Assembly (NCBI GenBank): GCA_937899625.1
Contig: CALCCB010000083.1
Location: 463 to 64,462, forward strand
Length of the DNA: 64,000 nucleotides
Reading direction: 5' to 3'
From: an uncultured Bacteroidota bacterium
GTDB taxonomy: Bacteria > Bacteroidota > Bacteroidia > Flavobacteriales_D > Crocinitomicaceae
Made by a program: the position numbers and the translations under genes. This document shows positions 37,001 through 45,070 of the stretch, in pieces (within the stretch, counting starts at the first letter, position 1; each line of letters opens with the position of its first letter). Under the pieces are notes generated by a model. It was not told the origin of the DNA, searched no databases, and saw nothing but the letters and a program-made list of their open reading frames with translations.

Positions 37001-37524
37001 CAACCTCACATGAATTGTTCTTTCGATTCAACATCAAGCGAAAATATTCGATCGAGACAAAAGGATTGAGCGGAGTGAAGATCAGCAATGCTGATTACAC
37101 TTCCGGCCGAAACTATGAAATCCAGTTCGTTTCCATACAAAAGAGTTTCATCTATCAGCCCAATACTGTTTTCAGAATTACACTTGATACCAAATATTCA
37201 GAGAAACGAAACGAGGAAACCCTCGGCAATGAATCTGCATTCCTAAGTGAACTAGGCAGTACCTTCAAGTACAATCAATCCGAAAAAGGAAGTTTCCAGG
37301 GGGGTATGAAATATGTGAAGATCAACTTTAACGGAAACTTTAATTCTGCGATCGGATTTGAAATGCTTGAAGCACTTCGACCGGGAAACAATATAACCTG
37401 GAATTTATCCTATCAACGATCTGTTTCAAGAAATTTACAGTTATCCATTCAATACCTTGGAAGAAGCTCAGAAACTTCACGCACCATTCACTCAGGAGGA
37501 ATGGAGTTAAGAGCGTTCTTCTGA
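34075..37524 (+). CDS. large (1149 aa) secreted protein, putative outer-membrane beta-barrel, function unknown
   Basis: It has a signal-like N-terminus (FLRTAILIPFLFIGVIGYGQ). Composition is alternating and rich in beta-strand residues (N/S/Y/G/T) throughout. The aromatic C-terminus ...GGMELRAFF resembles an OMP beta-signal. Confidence 0.6.
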   Translation: MNMPLFLRTAILIPFLFIGVIGYGQHSVNREKLIPSNQSVRIDTLSIYPNSFQLYCGPDILDKSHYELDHASSTIHVHFDCSDSLIAQYQVLPMDLSKVYAVRDTSILYQSYKGDREKFLITNNYEINDVFGGSSLNKSGSISRGISFGNNQDLGINSSLNLELSGEISPNLKILASLSDDNLPIQPDGNTAKLQEFDQIYIQIYNDRLKLVAGDFWLYKPKGYFMSYKKRAQGLSTEYQWLSDTVRTFKTQVSGAISKGKFNRQIIQGIEGNQGPYRLKGAENEPFITILAGTERVYIDGRLLDRGQEYDYVINYNSSELVFTSRNMITKDSRIVVEFQYSDLNYARSLIQTSNVYTSKKLDAWINIYSEQDAKNQTIQQELTSDQKLLLSSIGDSLELARTNSIDSVGWFENQIMYRIVDTLGYDSVLVFSVNPDIAYYRAVFTYVGANKGDYILEQYSALGKVYKWIEPVAGIPQGDYEPSRLIIAPKQKQMVSTGVTYRFNKNLRIENEVAITNNDLNTFSNLDNSDDQGLSNRFKLTGIIPLSRDSMSSWNLETSLESEFLSRNFSTIEQYRTVEFDRDWNTRNKGFTGDQLSTILGANFKHREYGNFNLQGQQYAIGNDYEGYRGATDGSWNHKGVKAIWDGSYLRSESNGANEYVRHRADISKDLKWFRIGYKDDHELNSFRDTSGSLSTTSYQFFDYQFYLQNGDSLKNGFKLFYRERYDDLSNGQALSRSAKGTTAGGEIQFKELRNQNLTILSSYRQLKVLDTTLMKIAPENTLLGRVEHDLKVWKGALSMNTFYEAGSGLEQKREFLYIQVNDGQGIYTWIDYNGDGVKDLNEFEIAQFVDQASYIRVFTPSSEYTKTYSNELNYSIYWRPERIWSNKKGILKFASRFSDQARFRIQRKTSESNEGDSFNPFSSNIRDTSLISTSSNIRNSIFFNRTSSIFNAEYNYQDSKSKTLLATGFDSRATTSHELFFRFNIKRKYSIETKGLSGVKISNADYTSGRNYEIQFVSIQKSFIYQPNTVFRITLDTKYSEKRNEETLGNESAFLSELGSTFKYNQSEKGSFQGGMKYVKINFNGNFNSAIGFEMLEALRPGNNITWNLSYQRSVSRNLQLSIQYLGRSSETSRTIHSGGMELRAFF

Positions 37525-39930
37525 TCAGAGCACTACGCTCAATGATATTTTTGGAATTATGTTCGACTTCCAGTCTGCAGAAGAATAGTACCCATAGTTA
37601 TAAAATACGCCGATACCGATACCGCTGAATCCTGAGACAAGGATATTATTCAAGATCAATCCTCCTTCAAAATAACCCTTGTCCATGGATCTGAATTGTG
37701 CTCCGTGGACGAACTTATTATTCAATTCACCATACCCAATACCATGATGAAGAGAGATCTGTGGTTCATTCCAAGGGGCTTTTGTTTTAAATGCCTTGAT
37801 ATCAAGTCGAGTAAACAATGAAACGAATTGATCATTATAGAACGTGGCTGGCGGCATTGTTTCAAAAGATCCAGAAACCGACAAATTCCAAGGCTTCCCA
37901 GTCGGGTTGGCGTTATGCATCAAAAATAGTGGCACATTCCCCCAGGTTTTACCCGCCTGAACATTGTAAGAGAATTTCCCAAAAGCCCTGATCGAGAGTG
38001 TTTGATCCAGCTGAAAATTCATTTTTACATAATCCAGTTGAGTGTTGAACATTCCGGGAAGACTCTTTGAGACCCTCAATTTAAGTTTTGGCCCTTTACC
38101 TCCCGTGGCTACGAGCTGATCTCCGAGTTTCATCATTTTTTCCCGAATATGCCAGTTGATCTCAATACCAGCTTCTGCATTTTCAGTTCCGTCCATGAAG
38201 TAGCTACCCTCATCTCCCCCAGCAACCTCGAAAAGATAACTATCTGTAAATGTCATTCTTGTGTAAGCACCAAAGATGGAATAATTAAAATTGGCCTTTA
38301 ACCTTCCTTTAAGGGCTACTTCAGCGAGCCTCTCTTTGTCCATTGAAGTAATGTAGAAATCTCGGTAAAGATCACTTCCAAATGAAAACACAGATGGTTG
38401 AAATCCGGTTCCGCCTCTTTCTCGAACATCCTCCTGATACCTGAATTGAAGCTTTAACCCTCTGGGTTCGTAAAGATTGATAGAGGAATAACCTCCATAT
38501 TTCCATGCCTGATCTTTAAATCCATAAGCAAAATATCCACCGATCATGAAGTGTTTTGAAAGTCGATTAGATGTTTCCAACCCGGCTCCCAATCTAACAC
38601 CTTCATATTGGTTATAATCCAATAACCTGGCAAGGTCAAGGTTCATTTTACCTATTGGAACTTTTCCAGTACCCAACACCTTCAGTAGCTGGAACTTCTT
38701 ATCTAGATCATTTGCTTTGGAAAGAGAATCGATCATGGTATAGGTTCTGTCCTCTCTCTTGTTTAGCTCATATTTCCGAAGTTTTTCCCACTCTTGATCG
38801 TCCTTCAGGTTCGCGTCGGAAGCGGTCGAGACGGTTATGTTGTCGAAGCCTTTAATTTTCAGATCTTTTGGGTCAATCTCTACGTTTTCGATATAGGCAA
38901 CTCCTTTCCCGATCAGATATCCATCCTTGATCTTTGGAGTAAGTACAATCCCCTTAAATCTCACCTCTGAGCTCAGTTTTTCAGGGAACCACTTTTTACC
39001 TTCTATAAAACGATATTCCTGTAGGATCTTGACCGCGACGCCAGCAGTATCTTCGTAAGGCATTGCACTCACCTTCTCAATTGCGTATCCATTCGTGTTA
39101 ATGTATAGTCTACCGGTTAAACCTTCAAAGTTCTTTCCTTTTCTGGGTCTGTAAAAAATGGTGAACGTGGTATCCTGATTTACTACAGTAGTATCCTCAA
39201 GAAGAAAAAGATATCTTCTCGTTCCCCCGAGTGCAATCGGATTTACATATTCTTTACCCATCAATTCCACCTGATTCTCGTAAAAGCTGAAGGATTGCAT
39301 TTCCCTGACAAAATTCGAGAACATAGGATCTGAAAATCCTGAAACTTTGTAAGCCGTTACCTCTTCTTTATCCCTTGAAGGAGGAATAAAAGTTCTCGTT
39401 GATGAGCTCTCCAACATAAACAGGTATTGCTCATTAAAAAATTTCTTGATCTCGATCAAGGTTGAATCTGCCGTGGAATCTGGGATTGCATCGATCGCAT
39501 CTCTGTTGGCATCCACATAAAACTTACTATAGCTTTTACATCGGAATGCATCATTTTCCATCGGATGATTTTTTTTCCGGTTTTCGATCACGAGGTCCAT
39601 GATCCGATGAGCAGGATTCTCGCCTGCTATTACTTTCACTTCCTGTATTTGTTGAAAGACAGGACGAAGAAAAATCAAGTTGTCTTGAATGGAAGTCAAG
39701 GTGCAAACCGTGTCAACATAACCGTACACCTTCAACTGTGCAGGAAATTTGTCATCCTCTAGAGAAAAGGCTCCATCGATATCTGCTAAAAATGGTTGAC
39801 CATTTTGAGGATAAACCTTCACGAAGGGAATAACCTCTAATGTTACTGCGTCTTTAATGAAATAGGTCGTTTGCGAATGCCCCAAAAAACTAAGGAAAAT
39901 AATTCCGGCCAGACAGATGATCCCTTTCAT
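37525..39930 (-). CDS. DUF5686-like protein with an N-terminal carboxypeptidase-regulatory-like domain (putative outer-membrane protein)
   Basis: The start is chosen at MKGIICLAGIIFLSFLGHSQ (ATG at 39928-39930). The N-terminus FIKDAVTLEVIPFVKVY...DIDGAF is CarboxypepD_reg-like. The C-terminal half is beta-rich. The family name is from memory. Confidence 0.65.
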   Translation of the reverse strand: MKGIICLAGIIFLSFLGHSQTTYFIKDAVTLEVIPFVKVYPQNGQPFLADIDGAFSLEDDKFPAQLKVYGYVDTVCTLTSIQDNLIFLRPVFQQIQEVKVIAGENPAHRIMDLVIENRKKNHPMENDAFRCKSYSKFYVDANRDAIDAIPDSTADSTLIEIKKFFNEQYLFMLESSSTRTFIPPSRDKEEVTAYKVSGFSDPMFSNFVREMQSFSFYENQVELMGKEYVNPIALGGTRRYLFLLEDTTVVNQDTTFTIFYRPRKGKNFEGLTGRLYINTNGYAIEKVSAMPYEDTAGVAVKILQEYRFIEGKKWFPEKLSSEVRFKGIVLTPKIKDGYLIGKGVAYIENVEIDPKDLKIKGFDNITVSTASDANLKDDQEWEKLRKYELNKREDRTYTMIDSLSKANDLDKKFQLLKVLGTGKVPIGKMNLDLARLLDYNQYEGVRLGAGLETSNRLSKHFMIGGYFAYGFKDQAWKYGGYSSINLYEPRGLKLQFRYQEDVRERGGTGFQPSVFSFGSDLYRDFYITSMDKERLAEVALKGRLKANFNYSIFGAYTRMTFTDSYLFEVAGGDEGSYFMDGTENAEAGIEINWHIREKMMKLGDQLVATGGKGPKLKLRVSKSLPGMFNTQLDYVKMNFQLDQTLSIRAFGKFSYNVQAGKTWGNVPLFLMHNANPTGKPWNLSVSGSFETMPPATFYNDQFVSLFTRLDIKAFKTKAPWNEPQISLHHGIGYGELNNKFVHGAQFRSMDKGYFEGGLILNNILVSGFSGIGIGVFYNYGYYSSADWKSNIIPKISLSVVL

Positions 39931-39975
39931 GATCCAAAAATAACGGAATAAACTGTCAAATAGTATCTTTGAGAA

Positions 39976-40995
39976 ATGTCGAAGAACCGAGATACGATTA
40001 ATATACTTAAGCATCTGAGTTTACCGAGGATGTTTAATTTGATTGGATTAGGTTCGAGTTATAAGCTCAGTAGACTCTCTACAGGGAAATTCCAATTTGG
40101 AAAACCTTTTTCACTTTCCATTGAACCAACCACAGCGTGTAATCTGGGTTGCCCGGAGTGTCCAAGCGGATTAAAGCAATTTTCAAGAGCAACGGGGAAA
40201 TTGAATATTGAATTGAACGCCAAAATTCTGCGTGAAGTGGCAGGACATGTTTTTTATATCAATTATTACTTTCAAGGAGAACCCTTTCTGCATCCTGATT
40301 TCCTTGAATTGATCAAACAAGCGAAGAAACATCGGATCTACACAGCCACTTCAACCAATGCTCATTTCATCGACGAGAAAAAAGCAGAAGAGATCGTAAA
40401 ATCAGGTCTGGACAGACTGATCATTTCAATTGATGGCATCACACAGAAGAACTATGAACAATACAGGGTTCACGGTGATCTTTCGAAAGTGATCTCAGGG
40501 ACTGAGCATCTGGTAAAAGCGAAAAAGAGACTGAATTCTTCTACTCCTCACTTGATCTTTCAATGCCTTGCCGTTAAACCGAATGAAGATGAAATTCCTG
40601 CAATAATTAACCTCGGTCATGAAATCGGTGTTGACGAAGTACGGATTAAGACAGCGCAGCTTTACGACTATAAACATGGTAATCCTTTGATGCCTTCTAA
40701 CGAAGAATATTCCAGGTATAAACTTCAAAAAGACGGCACGTATTCTTTAAAATACAAAACTGGAAATAATTGCTGGAGAATGTGGTCGGGAAGCGTGATC
40801 ACTTGGGATGGAAAGGTAGTTCCGTGTTGTTTTGACAAAGATGCTGTTCATCAATTAGGCGACCTTTCCACCTCAACATTCAGTGAGGTCTGGAAAAATA
40901 AAAAGTATCAAATATTCAGACAAAATGTTTTCACATCAAGAAACAGCGTAGACATCTGTCAGAATTGTTCCGAAGGTTCCAAAGTGTGGACCTGA
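39976..40995 (+). CDS. radical SAM / SPASM-domain protein
   Basis: The CxxxCxxC cluster is TTACNLGCPECPSG. The Cys-rich C-terminus is NCWRMW...GKVVPCCFD...VDICQNCSEG (SPASM/twitch-like). The start is uncertain, and ATG at 40030 is an alternative. Confidence 0.8.
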   Translation: MSKNRDTINILKHLSLPRMFNLIGLGSSYKLSRLSTGKFQFGKPFSLSIEPTTACNLGCPECPSGLKQFSRATGKLNIELNAKILREVAGHVFYINYYFQGEPFLHPDFLELIKQAKKHRIYTATSTNAHFIDEKKAEEIVKSGLDRLIISIDGITQKNYEQYRVHGDLSKVISGTEHLVKAKKRLNSSTPHLIFQCLAVKPNEDEIPAIINLGHEIGVDEVRIKTAQLYDYKHGNPLMPSNEEYSRYKLQKDGTYSLKYKTGNNCWRMWSGSVITWDGKVVPCCFDKDAVHQLGDLSTSTFSEVWKNKKYQIFRQNVFTSRNSVDICQNCSEGSKVWT

Positions 40996-41037
40996 ACCAA
41001 ATAGCATCCTACTTGTTCATCTCAAAAACTTACCTGT

Positions 41038-41964
41038 ATGTTAGGCACCATTTTATTACTCATTTTCACATTGATCGTCGTTCCCATTGTCAGCTTTTAT
41101 ATTGGGACACCTTTAAACGAAATCCAGTTGGATTTACTTCAGGACACTTCTTGGATTGTTGGTGGAGTAATCCTTTATTGTTTCATTGTTGGTGAGCTAT
41201 CCCGAAATAATTCACAGGTAGATAAGCTTTGGAGTGTCGTGCCCATTGTTTATACATGGTTCATGACCATTGAAGGCGGATTGGCACCCAGAATGATTCT
41301 GATGAGCACATTGGTGACTATATGGGGGGTACGTTTGACGTATAATTTCGCCAGAAGGGGTGCGTATCAATGGAAATTCTGGGCAGGAGAAGAAGATTAC
41401 CGCTGGGAGGAATTAAGAAAACGACCGGGGTTCAATAACAAATTCATTTGGGGACTTTTCAATTTCTTTTTCATTTCTCTCTATCAGAATGGATTGATCT
41501 TTCTGTTCACACTTCCAATTCTTACGAGTATAGGAGACAATGCAAACAAATCCATTGGAGCGATCGATATTGTTCTTGGGATTTTATTTGTCTCGGCAGT
41601 GGTGATCGAATTTATTGCGGATCAACAACAATATAATTTTCAGACAGAGAAATATAGAAGGATTAATAATAACGAGCCCCTTGATGAATATGCTCACGGT
41701 TTTGTGAAATCAGGTCTATGGTCTATGGTTCGTCATCCAAACTATGCAATGGAGCAAACTATCTGGATCATCTTTTATTTGTTTAGTGTCGTGGCCACAG
41801 GCGAATGGATCAACTGGTCAATAGCAGGAAGTTTGTTGCTGGTGATCCTTTTCAAAGGAAGCTCAGATTTTTCTGAAGAGCTTTCTGCAAATAAGTATCC
41901 TGAGTACAAAGAATATCAGAAAAACGTTCCACGCTTCATTCCATTCCTAAAGTTCAGGAAATAA
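41038..41964 (+). CDS. DUF1295 / steroid-5-alpha-reductase-like (ICMT-fold) membrane protein
   Basis: 308 aa, polytopic. The motifs WSMVRHPNYAMEQTIW and the C-terminal YPEYKEYQKNVPRFIP are typical of this family. Confidence 0.75.
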   Translation: MLGTILLLIFTLIVVPIVSFYIGTPLNEIQLDLLQDTSWIVGGVILYCFIVGELSRNNSQVDKLWSVVPIVYTWFMTIEGGLAPRMILMSTLVTIWGVRLTYNFARRGAYQWKFWAGEEDYRWEELRKRPGFNNKFIWGLFNFFFISLYQNGLIFLFTLPILTSIGDNANKSIGAIDIVLGILFVSAVVIEFIADQQQYNFQTEKYRRINNNEPLDEYAHGFVKSGLWSMVRHPNYAMEQTIWIIFYLFSVVATGEWINWSIAGSLLLVILFKGSSDFSEELSANKYPEYKEYQKNVPRFIPFLKFRK

Positions 41965-41969
41965 AAAAA

Positions 41970-41988
41970 GCCCTCCGAATTGGAAGGC
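41970..41988. terminator. possible bidirectional terminator hairpin
   Basis: gccCtcc (41970-41976) / ggaAggc (41982-41988) with one mismatch. An A7 run precedes it, which gives a T-run on the minus strand. It lies between convergent genes. Confidence 0.5.
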
Positions 41989-42008
41989 TTCAAATATCTA
42001 GGGAACAA

Positions 42009-42167
42009 TTAATGTTCTTCTTTCTCTTCGAAAATTCTTTTCGGACGCATTTGCTCAAATACACCCAATGTAATCCAGTAAGGAAGGATAAAGCCCATTA
42101 GAAAAACAAGCATCCAAAATGCCATTCCACCGATCAAAAGAAACAATACGATACCGAAAACACTCAT
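42009..42167 (-). CDS. small (52 aa) two-helix membrane protein, not in the supplied ORF track
   Basis: My translation is MSVFGIVLFLLIGGMAFWMLVFLMGFILPYWITLGVFEQMRPKRIFEEKEEH. It has two hydrophobic helices and a charged tail, and is bracketed by hairpins at 41970-41988 and 42246-42270. Confidence 0.4.
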   Translation of the reverse strand: MSVFGIVLFLLIGGMAFWMLVFLMGFILPYWITLGVFEQMRPKRIFEEKEEH

Positions 42168-42239
42168 CTTTTCTTCATTTATTACGTTGTAAAAGTAATA
42201 AAATATTTAAATGAAAATTCTTTTTTGAACGGTTCAAAT

Positions 42240-42270
42240 AAAAAAGCGGCTGAGCTAATGACTCAACCGC
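42240..42270 (-). terminator. Rho-independent terminator of the TonB-like gene
   Basis: Stem gcggCtgag (42246-42254) / ctcaAccgc (42262-42270) with one mismatch. The A-run at 42240-42245 gives a T-run downstream on the minus strand. Confidence 0.75.
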
Positions 42271-42294
42271 CCTTTTGCTATCGGAACAGATCCG

Positions 42295-43014
42295 TTATTC
42301 CAGAATGAAGTTGATCGGCAAACGAACTCTCGCTCTTACCTTTCCATAGGCCATTTCAGCCGGTTTCCATTCCGGGAACATACGAACCAGTCGCTCCGCT
42401 TCGCGATCAATCGATTTGGACACACCACGCTCTACCTGAACACTGGATACTGACCCATCTTTTTCAACGATAAAGGAGATGTATACACGTCCTTGTTCGT
42501 TCAATTCGATTGCTTCCTGAGGGTAATTCATGTTTTTCTGAATGAAGTTCATCATTGCAATGTACCCTCCAATGTATTCTGCATCCTTGTCAACGATCTC
42601 TAAAACTTCCCCTTTGACATCAACAATGTCTCCATCAGAAATTTTATCATCAAACTTGATCGTCAAGCCGTCTAGACCAACGTCAGAATCCGCTTTTTTC
42701 TTCTGATCATCTATTGTTTTGATGTCATCCGAAATTGTTTTCTGAATGTTGATCGTTGGATCAGAGGACTTATCATCTTGAGATTTTTGAGGAAGTTTCA
42801 CAATAGGTTGTTCCATTTTTGGAATTTCCTTTGGTTCCTCTACTTCAAAACTGATGGATCTTGCGGTGACCTTCTCCTTGTGATACATCATTTCTGTAGG
42901 AGAACGATAGGTAAAGGCTGCTAATGTGAAGGAGCCTGCTGTCAGAAGTCCTATCTGAAACAGGACAATTCTCTTGCGCTCGAGGTCGTACCTCGGATTT
43001 TTTTTCGCGATCAT
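42295..43014 (-). CDS. energy transducer TonB-family protein
   Basis: 239 aa. An N-terminal anchor (IVLFQIGLLTAGSFTLAAF) is followed by a charged linker. The TonB_C-like C-terminus reads YPQEAIELNEQGRVYISFIVEKDGSVSSVQVERG...W.PA...G..V. Confidence 0.8.
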   Translation of the reverse strand: MIAKKNPRYDLERKRIVLFQIGLLTAGSFTLAAFTYRSPTEMMYHKEKVTARSISFEVEEPKEIPKMEQPIVKLPQKSQDDKSSDPTINIQKTISDDIKTIDDQKKKADSDVGLDGLTIKFDDKISDGDIVDVKGEVLEIVDKDAEYIGGYIAMMNFIQKNMNYPQEAIELNEQGRVYISFIVEKDGSVSSVQVERGVSKSIDREAERLVRMFPEWKPAEMAYGKVRARVRLPINFILE

Positions 43015-43217
43015 AATTAAAAATTTAAAAGTTTACAGTTTCTGAATTTTCAAATGCTATGCCAAAATCGTATTTATCTGATTTACTGTTTATTACAGTA
43101 TTTAAAATTGTTATTTTTTTGTTAATCCAATTTTCATTTGAGATAGGAACATGAAGAAATCGTGAAGTTTTCATTCCATATTCGTTACCACTCATTTTTC
43201 CTTAAATTTGTAAGCAA

Positions 43218-43649
43218 ATGGCTAAACCTAAAAAGCACATTCTAACCTTTGAACAAGTCTATGATTTCGAATTGATCGGAATCTGCACTCATCATAGCGA
43301 TTATCGATTGGCATGGGGTTTAAATGAGTCTTTGCGAACTCAGCTTGTTAAAGCGGACAAAGATTTTGTGGTTCAAGGAAAAAAAGGCCAGGAGGAGACC
43401 AGTCATTCGACTTACCATTTTAAAGACGAGGAAAATACGCTTGAATATTATCTCGTCAAAAATAAATCAGCAGGAAAATACTTGATCCCGGAAAAACCGA
43501 CGATCGATTACTTCCTGTTTTTATACGAAAACCATATCTATGATGTCGCTGACATCGTCGATCGTTTAAGAACAATTCCAAGTGTAATTGGAGCATATCA
43601 GTTCGATCCGGAAGAATTCGGTTCAACTGAATACATAATATTTAATTAG
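43218..43649 (+). CDS. IPExxxVDY-family protein (function unknown)
   Basis: 143 aa containing LIPEKPTIDYFLF, which matches the family-naming IPExxxVDY motif. It ends 2 nt before pyk. Confidence 0.6.
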   Translation: MAKPKKHILTFEQVYDFELIGICTHHSDYRLAWGLNESLRTQLVKADKDFVVQGKKGQEETSHSTYHFKDEENTLEYYLVKNKSAGKYLIPEKPTIDYFLFLYENHIYDVADIVDRLRTIPSVIGAYQFDPEEFGSTEYIIFN

Positions 43650-43651
43650 AA

Positions 43652-45070
43652 ATGAAAAAAACAAAAATAGTAGCAACGCTTGGGCCTGCATCGACTGACA
43701 AAGACACCTTGAGAGAAATGTTCCTTGCGGGATTAAATGTTTGTCGTTTAAATTTCTCGCACGGTGCCTATGAGGATCATCAGGCAGCAATTGAAACTAT
43801 CCGCGAGCTCAATGAAGAAACAGGGTTGAATGTTGCAATACTTGCTGACCTTCAAGGACCAAAGATCAGAACCGATCTTATGACTGATAATGGAATTGAA
43901 TTGGTTACTGGAAAAGAAGTTGAAATTGTTACTGAAAAAGTGCTTGGAACCGCAGAACGCTTCTCCATCAATTATTCAAAATTACCACAAGACGTTCAGG
44001 CAGGGGAAAGAATTCTACTGGATGATGGGAAAATTGCTTTGGATATTGTTAGTACAAATGGCAAGGATCTCATCAGAGCAAGGGTGGCACATGGCGGAAT
44101 CCTTTCTTCTAAAAAAGGAGTGAATTTCCCGAACACAAAAATATCTATGCCTTCTCTAACTCCGAAGGATCTGGAAGACTTGAATTTTGCATTGGATCAG
44201 AATGTTGACTGGATCGGTCTTTCATTCGTACGTTCAGCAAGAGACATCATTGAACTTCGTCATATTATTGCTTCCAAAAAATGCAAGGCCAAGGTTATCG
44301 CCAAGATCGAGAAACCCGAAGCGATTGAAGAAATCGATGAGATCATCAAAGAAAGTGACGGACTTATGGTAGCAAGAGGGGATCTTGGTGTAGAAGTTCC
44401 CTACCAGAACGTACCACTAATCCAAAAAATGTTGATCAATAAGTGTATCCTAAATGCCAAACCGATCATTGTGGCTACACAGATGATGGAAAGCATGATC
44501 TCTAATATCACTCCGACGAGAGCAGAAGTGAATGACGTTGCAAATGCGGTGCTGGACGGTGCTGATGCAGTAATGCTTTCAGGTGAAACTTCTGTTGGTA
44601 AGTTCCCTGTTCAGGTCATTAAAACCATGAGCAATATCGTACATGAAATGGAGAACTTTGAAGGTATCTACAACAAAGAAGAGATCCCGGAAAAAAATCA
44701 AAACCGATTCATCACCGATTCCATCTGTTTCAACGCATGTCGTTTATCTCAAAGGGTTCAGTCTGATGCGATCATTACCATGACCTTTTCAGGATATACT
44801 GCCTATAAGATTGCATCCCAACGTCCGAAAGCTCCGATCTTCGTGTTTACAAGTAACCGTCAGATCTTAACCCAATTAAATCTTGTTTGGGGAGTAAGAG
44901 CATTCTACTACGATAAAAGAGTGAGTACCGATCACACTATCGCCGATATTAAATACCTTCTTAAGAAGGATGGCTTACTGAAATCAGGTGACCTGGTGAT
45001 CAATATTGCCTCAATTCCATTAGAGGATCTTGGAAATTCGAACATGCTTAAACTTAGTTATGTAGACTAG
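43652..45070 (+). CDS. pyk: pyruvate kinase
   Basis: 472 aa with motifs KTKIVATLGPAS, NFSHG, AKIEKPEA, MVARGDLGVE and MLSGETS. Confidence 0.95.
   Translation: MKKTKIVATLGPASTDKDTLREMFLAGLNVCRLNFSHGAYEDHQAAIETIRELNEETGLNVAILADLQGPKIRTDLMTDNGIELVTGKEVEIVTEKVLGTAERFSINYSKLPQDVQAGERILLDDGKIALDIVSTNGKDLIRARVAHGGILSSKKGVNFPNTKISMPSLTPKDLEDLNFALDQNVDWIGLSFVRSARDIIELRHIIASKKCKAKVIAKIEKPEAIEEIDEIIKESDGLMVARGDLGVEVPYQNVPLIQKMLINKCILNAKPIIVATQMMESMISNITPTRAEVNDVANAVLDGADAVMLSGETSVGKFPVQVIKTMSNIVHEMENFEGIYNKEEIPEKNQNRFITDSICFNACRLSQRVQSDAIITMTFSGYTAYKIASQRPKAPIFVFTSNRQILTQLNLVWGVRAFYYDKRVSTDHTIADIKYLLKKDGLLKSGDLVINIASIPLEDLGNSNMLKLSYVD

Noticed and set aside
40965-41195. The 76-aa ORF might be a candidate RiPP precursor for the radical SAM/SPASM enzyme.
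   Set aside because: It overlaps the 3' end of the radical SAM gene and runs out of frame through the first 158 nt of the well-supported DUF1295 gene. Its sequence has no leader/core character.
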